Shown in pieces: positions 1 to 9,314 of a stretch of DNA of 64,000 nt. Every line of letters starts with the position of its first letter. The first letter of the stretch is position 1. This DNA comes from Candidatus Heimdallarchaeota archaeon. GTDB taxonomy: Archaea > Asgardarchaeota > Heimdallarchaeia > JABLTI01. The stretch lies in the NCBI GenBank assembly GCA_030614005.1, contig JAUWKS010000005.1:41964-105963 (forward strand), read 5' to 3'. Position numbers and translations under genes: made by a program. The notes below the pieces were generated by a model. It had not been told where the DNA came from and ran no database searches. It worked only from the letters and a program-made list of their open reading frames with translations.

Positions 1-711
1 ACAGAACCAGAGGTTAGTGGTGAAGAAGTCCAAATGGCAAAACCAGGACATGATCAATTCCAACAACCTCAACAAGAATTGCCGCATTTGGTTCAAAGAA
101 ATTACTTAATTTGGTTTCTACTAAATTTTGTTGTCCCTATAGCTTACTTAATCTACTTTTACTTTGTATTTGACGATCTAAATAAACTTGACCAATATCC
201 AAAACCTGCTGGCAATACATCAACAAAGCTGGAACAGAACTCTATGATACTAATTATAGTACTTTATGTATTAGGTTTAGGTCTTATTGCAAACTATATT
301 CTTTATAGTAAAAAGTATGGCATGTTCAATGATTATCTTGATACACACCCACAAAAACAAACGAAATTACCATCTAAAAATTTCATTAAATTAATGATAT
401 TTCGGGACATATCGTTGTACTTAGGGTTGGGGCTCGCTTTTGGTGGTGCAGCAATTTTAGGATTTTTTGCAGGAAAAGGTGTTGATTTATTTTTTTCTAT
501 AGCTAATGTCGCACCCTCTATTGCAGCAACAATCGGTTTTTCATCTGGTTTATATGCTGGAATCATTTTATTGGTTCTAGGTATTTTGCTCTCAATTCCT
601 TCCATGATTATAGGAATATATATGATCGTTCTAGATTTCAGATGGCAAGAAGCAATGAATGAACGGGTAAGTATCATTGACCCAAATTTCATAAAGAAGG
701 ATTTCTTATAA
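1..711 (+). CDS. Polytopic membrane protein; the reading frame is open from window position 1 (no stop in the 11 codons before the ATG at 34), so the N-terminus may lie upstream of the window
   Basis: ORF 34..711 with several hydrophobic helices (LIWFLLNFVVPIAYLIYFYF, MILIIVLYVLGLGLIANYIL, GLGLAFGGAAILGFFAG, GIILLVLGILLSIPSMIIGIYMIV). The in-frame upstream codons TEPEVSGEEVQ contain no stop. Confidence 0.5.
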   Translation, partial: TEPEVSGEEVQMAKPGHDQFQQPQQELPHLVQRNYLIWFLLNFVVPIAYLIYFYFVFDDLNKLDQYPKPAGNTSTKLEQNSMILIIVLYVLGLGLIANYILYSKKYGMFNDYLDTHPQKQTKLPSKNFIKLMIFRDISLYLGLGLAFGGAAILGFFAGKGVDLFFSIANVAPSIAATIGFSSGLYAGIILLVLGILLSIPSMIIGIYMIVLDFRWQEAMNERVSIIDPNFIKKDFL

Positions 712-878
712 AGAAATCACTTCCTATATTTTTTTAAAAATTAAGTTATAATAATCTTTTTTTTTACAAGTGCCTTCTATAGTAACAAATCGTTTATTGA
801 TAAAATAGCTTTACTAACAAGTATTGTATTCTTGAAAGAAAATAGTAATCTGTTGAATATCGAAAGCAGTGATTTAAA

Positions 879-1868
879 ATGATGAATGTAAATATAATGA
901 AATTAATTATTGATCCAATCGAAAGTCGTAAAGAAACTTTTGCTCATAAAATGGCAAGACTTTGGAACTATAAGGAAAAAACATTAGCATTAATAAATGC
1001 AAGTTCCAATTTTGCCTTTGAAATGAAAGAAAACAAAACAGAACGTGTTTTACGATTGAGTCATCAAACAGAGCGCTCATTGGGAATTATTCAAGCAGAA
1101 CTTGATTTCATTTTATATCTTGATTCTCAAAAAATACCTGTAGCAAAACCAATCCCTTCGAATAATGGAAAAACTGTGGAACAACTAGAGACAGAACATG
1201 GTACATTCAATGGAGTGGTTTTTGAAAAAATCCAAGGGGATTATGTTGGACTTGAAGATATGGAAGAATGGCAATTGAAGGATTGGGGAAAAATGATGGC
1301 AAGAATGCACAATCTTTCTCTAAAGTATAAAGCACATCCTGAAAGAAGAAGACGGTTCTTCAACGAAGATATCGACCATTGGAAAAAATGGATACCTGCT
1401 TCTGAAAGTCGGTTCATAAAAAAGATCGATGAATTGAAACTCTGGGTTAACAAGTTGGCTGAAAATAAAAACCAATTTGGTTTGATCCATTATGACATGT
1501 CTTATGATAATTTTATTTGGAAAGGAAAAGAATTCTCAATAATTGATTTTGATGATTCAGCATATTATCCATTCGAAGCTGATATTGCTTTTGCATTAGA
1601 TGATATTCGTTCAATGAAAAATGGTGTTGGTGAGCGAATTTTAGGTGTTTTTATAGAAGGGTATCTGTCTAAAAGAAAACTAAGAGATACTTGGAAACAA
1701 GAGATCGAACAATTCTTAATTTTAGAGGATTTTCTAAAATACGCAAGAATGAGACGAGCTTACGATAAAGTTCAAACTGAAAGTCTTTTGCCATGGAGTA
1801 AAAAAATGAGCAGCAAGCATATGAAATGGTTTGAAGATGTAGTAATAGAACTAGATGCTTATCTTTAG
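879..1868 (+). CDS. Phosphotransferase of the APH / eukaryotic-like kinase superfamily (aminoglycoside phosphotransferase / choline-kinase-like fold)
   Basis: Brenner-type catalytic motif LIHYDMSYDNFIW (HxDxxxxN) followed by IIDFDDS (the DFD/DFG-like metal-binding Asp). The length of 329 aa is typical for the family. Confidence 0.55.
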   Translation: MMNVNIMKLIIDPIESRKETFAHKMARLWNYKEKTLALINASSNFAFEMKENKTERVLRLSHQTERSLGIIQAELDFILYLDSQKIPVAKPIPSNNGKTVEQLETEHGTFNGVVFEKIQGDYVGLEDMEEWQLKDWGKMMARMHNLSLKYKAHPERRRRFFNEDIDHWKKWIPASESRFIKKIDELKLWVNKLAENKNQFGLIHYDMSYDNFIWKGKEFSIIDFDDSAYYPFEADIAFALDDIRSMKNGVGERILGVFIEGYLSKRKLRDTWKQEIEQFLILEDFLKYARMRRAYDKVQTESLLPWSKKMSSKHMKWFEDVVIELDAYL

Positions 1869-2145
1869 TAAACTAAAAAAAATTGAGTGTTGTTTCTTGG
1901 AAAAACTATTTTCCAGCAACAGCTTTACTTGCTTTCTCTTTCTTTGCTTTCTTTTTATGTAATAATTCCGGTGCCAAATTCATTAATATTTCATTGTGAA
2001 TTTTATTTACATTAAACCATAACTCGAATCCAATAAGTGGAAGTACCATATTTATTTTGAATTTTTGGGATTAAATTGTTCTGAAACAAGATAAAATTTA
2101 AGAAAATAACAAATACTATAAATCAGAAATAAATACAGCTACTCA

Positions 2146-3015
2146 ATGTTATTAGAAATTAACGACAAAAAGAAGGTAAAAAGAATGACAAAAACAGACT
2201 CATATTCAGTTGAACCCTTTCCCCGGTTTCGAGAAATAATAATAGAATCCGTTGAAGCAGGTAAAAGGATGAATCATGTTATTGCACTGCCTATTTATGA
2301 TGTGACAAAGGCTCGAGAGCTAATTCGGAAGCATAAGGAAAAAACCAAGGAAACAATATCGTTTACAGCATTCATCATACATTGTCTGGGAAAGGTAGTT
2401 AGTGAAAATAAACAAATTCATGGGATAAGAAAGGGAAAACGAAAAGTAATTGTTTTTGATGATGTCAATATTCGATTGAACATTGAAAGAGAATTAGATG
2501 GGGTAAAAACAGCGGTAATGTTAATTGTTCGAAAAGCTAATGAGAAAAGCTTGCGAGAAATACATGATGAAATCAGAAGAGCTCAAGGCAAAAAAGATAA
2601 CACAAAAATGGAACCAGTTACTAAAAAACAAAAAAAATCTCGCAATAATCAAAATCTGCTAATATCTCTGCCAAAATTCATCAGAAGAATTATCTGGTGG
2701 AAGTTAAAATATGACCCATTCTTCATTCAGAAAAATATGGGCACTGTTGGAGTCACTACTTTAGGAACGATGTTCAAAGGTAGAGGTGGGTATGCAATTA
2801 CAGCTAGTCCACAGACGTTAAGCGTATCATTAGGAGCAATAGAAAAAAGACCCGGAGTAGTAAATGAAAAAATCGAAATCCGAGAATATCTTTACGCATC
2901 CGTGATGTTTAATCATGATGTAGTGGATGGTGCTCCAGCAGCAAGATTCCTAACCAAATTAGGTGATTTGATAGAAGAAGGATATGGTTTAACTTCTTTC
3001 GAAGCTAAAAAATGA
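2146..3015 (+). CDS. Stand-alone 2-oxoacid dehydrogenase E2 / chloramphenicol-acetyltransferase-like acyltransferase catalytic domain protein (no lipoyl domain)
   Basis: C-terminal motif MFNHDVVDGAPAARFL matches the catalytic DHRxxDG(A) motif of the E2 catalytic domain. Upstream, the GxxGGYAITASPQTLSVSLG core resembles the E2 segment TFTISNxGxxG...AIL. No lipoyl or E3-binding domain is present. Confidence 0.65.
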   Translation: MLLEINDKKKVKRMTKTDSYSVEPFPRFREIIIESVEAGKRMNHVIALPIYDVTKARELIRKHKEKTKETISFTAFIIHCLGKVVSENKQIHGIRKGKRKVIVFDDVNIRLNIERELDGVKTAVMLIVRKANEKSLREIHDEIRRAQGKKDNTKMEPVTKKQKKSRNNQNLLISLPKFIRRIIWWKLKYDPFFIQKNMGTVGVTTLGTMFKGRGGYAITASPQTLSVSLGAIEKRPGVVNEKIEIREYLYASVMFNHDVVDGAPAARFLTKLGDLIEEGYGLTSFEAKK

Positions 3016-3077
3016 AAAGTGATATGGGAAATTCCCATAAACACTTTTTTCTTTTACTTTCTGATATCACGATGAGA

Positions 3078-6000
3078 TTACTCTGTTTGGGGGAGGAGTA
3101 TCTCATTTTCAACAAAGTAGATTATTTGCTGAAGAATTTCATCATGAGAGAGAGTTTTCGACTCTTTAAATGAACGAGTAATTAATTGATGAATATCTAA
3201 AGCTGTATCTTCACCAAAATTCTCAAGATGGTTTTCAAGAATAGAAACCATTTGAATATCCGCAATATTTGTTTTAGCTAGATTTTCCTTGTGAATAAGC
3301 ATGGGAGCAAAGTAGTAGATATGTAAGTACTCATCCAATAATGGTATTGCAGTATTAAATACTTCAACGAGCCCAGTGAATTCTTCTAGGTCTCTTTTAA
3401 AGACAGTTTCAAATCGTTTAAGCAAGTCCCAATTTGGCATTTTGAATTCCTTGGATGGCTCATCATCAAGAAGGAGAGCAAGTCTAACATTCTTACCCTC
3501 AAAAATCCAGAAAATGCCTCCTTTTTGACCCATTTGACTAAATTTGTTAGAAGGTGGTTGATCAGCATCTACCAATTCTTGACCAAAACCTGCAATTGCT
3601 GTCAAAAAGCCACTAGCTAAGGCTGAATCAATGTTATGAGCAAAATTAATTGAAAGTAATGGAACTCCATTCTTCTCCATGAAGATAATGGATTTGATTT
3701 TTAAAATATCAGTTAAAAAGCCAATAGAAACTTTCGAATCAGTTTTCAAAACGGAAACTACAGGAGAAGTTTCAGGAGCTTTAATAGCGTCAAAATTCAG
3801 TGGTTCAATTTCAGTTGTTTCGATAATAGCAACTGGAGCAGCTTCAGTTTTTGCTAGATCTTCAGCTTGGAGCTCTTTCCGTCTTAACTTTCTTTCCTTT
3901 CTCGCCGGTCGTAATTTTATTACAAGCAAAGTTGAGATGATAATTACAACAGCACCTGTGGACAAACCACCTATCAATAGATAAAGCCAAAGATTATTGC
4001 CAGGATAATCAGTGTTGTCATTTGGGTCAGTTCCTGCGTCAATTTCCTCTTTGTCAGTAAAACCATCGTTGTCTGAATCGGCGCTAAGGGGGTTGGTTAT
4101 AAAACCATCAACTCCCTCAAAGACTTCTTCTCCATCTAAAATACCATCGTCATCGGTGTCCTCATTATTGGGATCAGTGTAATAAGTAAAAATCTCGAGA
4201 TTATCATCTAACCCATCGGAATCTGTATCTGCTTTGTAGGGATTTGTTTCAAAAATCTCTAGTTCAAAGTAATCAGCAAGACCATCACCATCAAAATCGC
4301 GGTCAATGATTTCTAAACCATCATTAAAGTCTGCAAGGTAAGTGTAATTTTCATAAAAAGAAACACCATAAGCATTTCCACCATCGTAAAATTCTTCTCT
4401 TAGTCTTGGACTAGCTTTATTTGTAACATCAATTGTTTTCAAACCTGAACTACCATCAGCGAGATATGCAAAATCACCGAAAACATCTATCCCATATGCC
4501 GAACTGGTCCCATCATCATATTCACCTACTTCTTGAGGGTTCACTTTATCACTGATATCAACAATTTCCAAACCAAGCGATCTATCAACTAAATAAGCAT
4601 AAGCACCATTCACTACAACTTCATTGCAGCTTCCGCCATCATCAAAAACACCTACAGTAACAGGATTTAACTTATCATTAATATTAATAATCTTCAAACC
4701 ATCATAATTATCTGCGATGTAAGCGTAATTACCTGAAACAAAAATGCTCTGAGCGTTAGTAATTAGATTATCGTATTTTACTAATTGTACTGGGCTGTTT
4801 TTATCTGTGATGTCAAAAATTTCCAAACCATCTGAGCTATCCGCTAAGAAAGCATAATTATCAACCACCATCACATCTGTGTAATACCCACCATCAGTAA
4901 AGTCACCAACTTTCTGAGGACTGTCTTTATTACTAACGTCAATAATTTTGAAACCATCATTTCCACAAGCAATAAAAACATAATTGCCTGCTACAAAAAT
5001 ATCATTGGTATAACCACCATCATTGAAGTGACCTATACTTTGAGGATGTGTTTTGTTACTAATATCGATAATATCCATACCATTGTAACCACTAGCAAGA
5101 TATGCGAAATTATCTTCGACTGCAACTTTTCTTGCGTATCCTCCTGTAACAAATTGTCCTTCTTCAAATGGATTAGATTTGACACTAGCGTCAATGATTT
5201 CAAAACCATCCCAACCATCTGCTAAATAAACAATATTTCCGTCAACTAAAACATCTACAGCATATCCACCATCGAAGAAGTATCCAACTTCTACCGGGTT
5301 AAATAGGTCTACAATACTAACTATGATCAAACCACTCAGATAGGTAGCTAAGTAAGCAAAATCACCAAAAACATCGATATCTTGAACAAAATATCCATCA
5401 TCGAATGTACTAACTAATGCTGGGCTATTTTTGTAAGTGACATCAATTATCTTCATTCCATCCCAACCAGCTGCAAGAAAGATATTATTACCGTTCAATG
5501 CAATACTAGAGTAAGAATCTCCAGCATCATAACCACTAATTGGATCGGGATGGCTTTTATCAGTAATATTTAAGATATTTAAACCATCATTTCCAGCTGC
5601 TAGAAAAGCAATATCTTCATCGATAACAATATCATACTCGTTTCCAAGTGTATTGAATACACTTTTTTGAACAGGGTTATTTTTATCAGAAACATCAACA
5701 ATTATCATACCATTTGAATATTCCATAATGTAAACAAAATTACCATCCACAACGATGGATTCAATGCTACTCCATGTGGAAAGATGAGCAATTTCTATAG
5801 GATTTGTTTTATTACTGATATCAATAACTCTTAGACCATTATAACCTACAAAGGCATAATCGCCATCTACTGCTACTGCTCTAATTATGTAATTATCATA
5901 CAGTTGACTTACAAATGAAGGTGATGTAGAATCGCTTATATCAAGAATTTGAAAACCGCTAAAAGAACTAGCCAGGTAAGCATAATCACCTGAAATATCC

Positions 6001-6251
6001 ACATCTAATATTGAACCATACTTTTCATCAATTTGACCGAGTTCGATATCATAGTAAATAGAAGTCGTCTCTAAATTGGTAAAAGGTGGGAGACTATTAG
6101 TGATTAACTCATTTTCGTCAATGTTCTCTCCACTAAGAAAGTTATTTTGCTGCAATTGGAAAAATATTGAACAACAAAAAAGTAAAATTACAAATCCTGG
6201 CATTAATGTTCTTCTCAATTGCCAGATATTAAGTAACATCAAAGTAATCAT
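3078..6251 (-). CDS. Large single-pass membrane receptor-like protein. Order: signal peptide, ~14 LVIVD beta-propeller repeats, thrombospondin type-3-like Ca-binding repeats, TM helix, cytoplasmic Roadblock/LC7 (MglB-like) domain, helical C-terminal domain
   Basis: N-terminal hydrophobic signal. Repeated ~43-aa units of the form GDYAYLA...GLxIIDISNKTNP (LVIVD signature GMIIVDVSD, GLEIVDISD, GFEIIDASV). DxDxDGxxDxxE repeats (DTDSDGLDDNLE, DTDDDGILDGEE, DSDNDGFTDKEE). TM LWLYLLIGGLSTGAVVIIISTLLVIKL followed by the basic stop-transfer RPARKERKLRRK. Cytoplasmic SKVSIGFLTDILKIKSIIFMEKNGVPLLSINFAHNIDSALASGFLTAIAGFGQELV...GGIFWIFEGKNVRLALLLDDE fits the roadblock fold consensus. Confidence 0.8.
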   Translation of the reverse strand: MITLMLLNIWQLRRTLMPGFVILLFCCSIFFQLQQNNFLSGENIDENELITNSLPPFTNLETTSIYYDIELGQIDEKYGSILDVDISGDYAYLASSFSGFQILDISDSTSPSFVSQLYDNYIIRAVAVDGDYAFVGYNGLRVIDISNKTNPIEIAHLSTWSSIESIVVDGNFVYIMEYSNGMIIVDVSDKNNPVQKSVFNTLGNEYDIVIDEDIAFLAAGNDGLNILNITDKSHPDPISGYDAGDSYSSIALNGNNIFLAAGWDGMKIIDVTYKNSPALVSTFDDGYFVQDIDVFGDFAYLATYLSGLIIVSIVDLFNPVEVGYFFDGGYAVDVLVDGNIVYLADGWDGFEIIDASVKSNPFEEGQFVTGGYARKVAVEDNFAYLASGYNGMDIIDISNKTHPQSIGHFNDGGYTNDIFVAGNYVFIACGNDGFKIIDVSNKDSPQKVGDFTDGGYYTDVMVVDNYAFLADSSDGLEIFDITDKNSPVQLVKYDNLITNAQSIFVSGNYAYIADNYDGLKIININDKLNPVTVGVFDDGGSCNEVVVNGAYAYLVDRSLGLEIVDISDKVNPQEVGEYDDGTSSAYGIDVFGDFAYLADGSSGLKTIDVTNKASPRLREEFYDGGNAYGVSFYENYTYLADFNDGLEIIDRDFDGDGLADYFELEIFETNPYKADTDSDGLDDNLEIFTYYTDPNNEDTDDDGILDGEEVFEGVDGFITNPLSADSDNDGFTDKEEIDAGTDPNDNTDYPGNNLWLYLLIGGLSTGAVVIIISTLLVIKLRPARKERKLRRKELQAEDLAKTEAAPVAIIETTEIEPLNFDAIKAPETSPVVSVLKTDSKVSIGFLTDILKIKSIIFMEKNGVPLLSINFAHNIDSALASGFLTAIAGFGQELVDADQPPSNKFSQMGQKGGIFWIFEGKNVRLALLLDDEPSKEFKMPNWDLLKRFETVFKRDLEEFTGLVEVFNTAIPLLDEYLHIYYFAPMLIHKENLAKTNIADIQMVSILENHLENFGEDTALDIHQLITRSFKESKTLSHDEILQQIIYFVENEILLPQTE
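4100..6050 (-). repeat. Tandem ~129-nt (43-codon) coding repeats encoding the LVIVD beta-propeller blades of the 3078..6251 gene
   Basis: Periodic recurrence of GD(Y/F)AY(L/I)A ... G(L/M)xI(I/V)D(I/V)S(D/N)K(T/N/S)xP in the translation. Boundaries are approximate. Confidence 0.6.
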
Positions 6252-6376
6252 CCCTTAAGATAACTCGTTTAGTTAATTAGAAATACATACGTATGTTGGA
6301 TTAATGTGACAAAAAGTATAAGAGTATTTTTATTTAAGATTCTTTTGAATAAAGGAGATTATTTGCCAATTTAAAA

Positions 6377-7174
6377 TTACTTGAACTTATTTAGAAACCC
6401 TAAAATCACTTCATAAAAAATAACTGGATTATTATACATCATTGCATGCCCCGCGTTTGGGATATAATTAATTGGAAATTTCTTTGCTAATTTTTGCTCA
6501 GAAGTAAATTTCCCTTTGTTCTCTTCGCCAAATATCACTATTGTTGGTAAATCCAAATTTACAAGGCGTTCGAATAAATGCCCACTTCTAGATTCTCTAA
6601 CAAGATCTAATGATGATTTATATGTTGTAATTGGTCCTGCTTTAGCAAAGGATTTTGCAAAGAAAAGCTCGATAGCTTCATCAGCCATCTCCTCTAAACT
6701 ATTCAGAACAGTAGCAAAGCCAATACCTTTCCATTCAGCTATAGTATACTGCTCAATTATTGATAGAGAGAAGAAACAATCATTTTCATCCACATTTCCT
6801 TCTGCATAGATAATTCCTTTTACTTTGCTACTTAGAGTTTCTGCTAAATATACTCCCACCGGTCCACCCATGGAATGACATAAAAGTATAAAATCATCTG
6901 CCAATTCCAGTTTTTCAATCAGTTTCAATAATACCTTTGCCTGTGTATTCATTGCATAAGTAAAATTAATCGGCGTAGTGGAGTCATTATGACCAACTAG
7001 ATCTACAGCAAGTAAACCATATTCTTTCAATAGGTGATTACTAAATGCATCCAAATAATCATTTTTGCTACCACCAAGACCATGGATTAATATTAACGTT
7101 AATCCATTGTTTGATTTTCGATGATAATAACTCAGCTGGATTCTAGAATCGATGTGCATTGTTAAGGATTGCAT
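6377..7174 (-). CDS. Alpha/beta-fold hydrolase (esterase/lipase family)
   Basis: LILIHGLGGS (oxyanion HGxGG region) and nucleophile elbow CHSMGG (GxSxG). SD-like AGGTGA lies 5 nt upstream of the ATG. Confidence 0.7.
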   Translation of the reverse strand: MQSLTMHIDSRIQLSYYHRKSNNGLTLILIHGLGGSKNDYLDAFSNHLLKEYGLLAVDLVGHNDSTTPINFTYAMNTQAKVLLKLIEKLELADDFILLCHSMGGPVGVYLAETLSSKVKGIIYAEGNVDENDCFFSLSIIEQYTIAEWKGIGFATVLNSLEEMADEAIELFFAKSFAKAGPITTYKSSLDLVRESRSGHLFERLVNLDLPTIVIFGEENKGKFTSEQKLAKKFPINYIPNAGHAMMYNNPVIFYEVILGFLNKFK

Positions 7175-7312
7175 AATTTCACCTATGAGTTGTTCAGATA
7201 GCTGTTTCTTTTTAATATCTTGTTATTAGAAACTGCTTTATTCATGAAAAAAAATGAGGGAAAAAACCTTACTGTTTTTGCTTTAAAAAAACAAAAGGTC
7301 CTTCTATCTCCT

Positions 7313-8248
7313 TTATTGGTTAGATTTAACAATTGTCAAATAATTTGTTGTTGTTTTAAAATCTAATTTCTTATAAAGTTTGTAAGCTGTAGTATTTTCT
7401 AAAGTTACTGCTAAACCGATTTTTTTGTAACCTTTTTTAGCACATTCGGTAATTATTTTGTTTGTTAGTGCTTTTCCTAATCCTTTGCGCTGATGGTATG
7501 GAGATACTGATATTTCTGCAATGAATGCAATTTCAGAATTGTGTGATATTATGAAGCTTAAACCAATAAGCTTATTTTCAAAAATTATTTGAGGATTAAT
7601 ATCAATATCCAAACTTGTAAATTCATTTGACATTTTACTGAAAATTTCTTTACTTTTTTCCGGGTTTAACATTTCAGGATAAATGATTGAATCCGAATGT
7701 TCTTTAGGATTTGCATCTTTCATTAGTTGAAACATCTCATCAACTCTCTCTATAGAAAATAATTCAAAAGTATACTTTTCAGGGAGTATGATAGGTAGAG
7801 TTTGATCTTTTTGCAAATCTCTCATCATCTGCACTCTTTCGTAAACTCTAAAACCGTCATTTTCTAAGGCATTCTCAAGAGACGATTCGAAATTTGTTGG
7901 CAATGTTATAGTTTGTCGATAATGCTTGAAACCCTTTTCAAAAATCCTGTTTGAAAAAGTAGAAATCAATTGGAAAGCACAGTTTTCTGAATCGTTTCCA
8001 TCTTGAATATAAAACCCTGTGGTTTCAACGAACTCTCTTTCTATATTTCCAGCTAAAAACCCTATAGGTTTGTCATTCTGAAAAGCAACAAAGATTATTC
8101 TCTTCTTTTCTTTGACTTTTTCTTTCAAATCAGTAAGAAGTTGTTTTATCTTTTTTTCATCTGTTACTTTGAATGACTTTACCAGATATTCGGTAAATAG
8201 ATCTGAAATATCGTTAATATTTTCTCGTTCTTCAATAACTACTGTCAT
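7313..8248 (-). CDS. GNAT-family N-acetyltransferase, apparently two tandem GNAT folds
   Basis: C-terminal motif A/B region ISVSPYHQRKGLGKALTNKIITECAKKGYKKIGLAV. A GNAT-like N-terminal half (IFVAFQNDKPIGFLAG). Confidence 0.7.
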   Translation of the reverse strand: MTVVIEERENINDISDLFTEYLVKSFKVTDEKKIKQLLTDLKEKVKEKKRIIFVAFQNDKPIGFLAGNIEREFVETTGFYIQDGNDSENCAFQLISTFSNRIFEKGFKHYRQTITLPTNFESSLENALENDGFRVYERVQMMRDLQKDQTLPIILPEKYTFELFSIERVDEMFQLMKDANPKEHSDSIIYPEMLNPEKSKEIFSKMSNEFTSLDIDINPQIIFENKLIGLSFIISHNSEIAFIAEISVSPYHQRKGLGKALTNKIITECAKKGYKKIGLAVTLENTTAYKLYKKLDFKTTTNYLTIVKSNQ

Positions 8249-8388
8249 TTATAATCAACATAGCAAATGATAGATTATTCATAAAATTATTGTCGAGAAA
8301 GGAAAAAAAGCACGAAAAATTTATCTTCATATAAACTAAATTAAATATAACATTGTATTAGCATTTTTCAATTCAATGGGGGATATAA

Positions 8389-9279
8389 ATGAACAAAGTA
8401 GGACTCATCGCTGATTCTTCTTGTGATTTACCAGTTGAAATCATCGAGCAATATGATATTAATATAGTATCAGTATCAATGTATTTCCCTGAAGAAACGA
8501 GGACTCAATACATTGATATTACGACAGAAGAATTCTTTGAAAAATTAGTTGATGAGGATTTACATTGTACCACAGGTGTTCCTCCTCCTAAGAGATACAT
8601 AACGACGATAAATTCTGCGCTAAGTAAAAATGAACAAATAATAATGTTACATCTTTCAAGCGAATTAAGTGGAATTTGGGCCAGTGGAGTTGTTCATGCG
8701 AAAAATTTAGCTCCAGAAAGAATAACTGTTGTAGATGTAAGAACAACAACAAATGCATTTGGGTTAATTGTACTCAAAGTTGCAAGATTGATCAAAGATG
8801 GGTTGTCTAAAGAAAAAATATTGAATATTCTAAATAATGAGATTATACCAAAAATTCAGTTAAACGCTTTTGTTGGGACGTTAAAATATCTAAAACGTTC
8901 AGGGCGAATTGCAAGTCTACAACACATACTCGGTGAAATATTCCGTTTTAAACCATTAATTGTGATTGAGGATGGTAAACTGGAATCACCAACAAAAGTT
9001 CGTGGTGAAAAAGCATCTTTTAGTTTCTTGAAAAAATTGGGAAGAAAATTAACTGAAGTGCTGCCAGAAAATGAAACATTAATTGTAATTCACTCCCGAA
9101 ACATCACAAGAGCAATGGAATTAACTAATATCTTACAGAATCTGAATCAAAATAGAATCGAAATTTTAACTTGGGAAATTGGTCCAGCAATTGGTGTGCA
9201 TGTTGGACCCGGAGCATTGGGGTTGGTCTGGGTGGGTAAACCTTCAAATGAGCTTTTAGAAAAAAAGAAACAAAAATAG
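8389..9279 (+). CDS. DegV-family (fatty-acid/lipid-binding, EDD fold) protein
   Basis: N-terminus MNKVGLIADSSCDLPVEIIEQYDINIVSVSMYF matches the DegV start (kiaivtDSt.dlp......giavvPL). Length is ~290 aa. RBS GGGGGA precedes the ATG. Confidence 0.8.
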   Translation: MNKVGLIADSSCDLPVEIIEQYDINIVSVSMYFPEETRTQYIDITTEEFFEKLVDEDLHCTTGVPPPKRYITTINSALSKNEQIIMLHLSSELSGIWASGVVHAKNLAPERITVVDVRTTTNAFGLIVLKVARLIKDGLSKEKILNILNNEIIPKIQLNAFVGTLKYLKRSGRIASLQHILGEIFRFKPLIVIEDGKLESPTKVRGEKASFSFLKKLGRKLTEVLPENETLIVIHSRNITRAMELTNILQNLNQNRIEILTWEIGPAIGVHVGPGALGLVWVGKPSNELLEKKKQK

Positions 9280-9314
9280 AACGAATAGAAAAAAATAATT
9301 GAAGTTCTCTTAGG

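Noticed and set aside
1896-2049. Possible ~47-aa minus-strand small ORF (MVLPLIGFELWFNVNKIHNEILMNLAPELLHKKKAKKEKASKAVAGK) in the 1869..2145 spacer
   Set aside because: Below the ORF-track threshold, with no motif and no obvious RBS. It could be real (coding-like composition) but is unsupported, so it is not annotated as a feature.
3679-3984. Plus-strand 101-aa ORF inside the large receptor gene
   Set aside because: Antisense shadow ORF within a strongly supported minus-strand CDS. The same applies to 333..692(-), 1241..1453(-), 5028..5225(+), 6516..6809(+), 10427..10801(+), 19676..20038(+), 23565..23849(+), 33119..33373(-), 35244..35504(-), 40805..41038(-), 47993..48211(+), 53555..53887(-), 54191..54487(-), 58677..58979(+), 61214..61776(+) and the other short internal ORFs.
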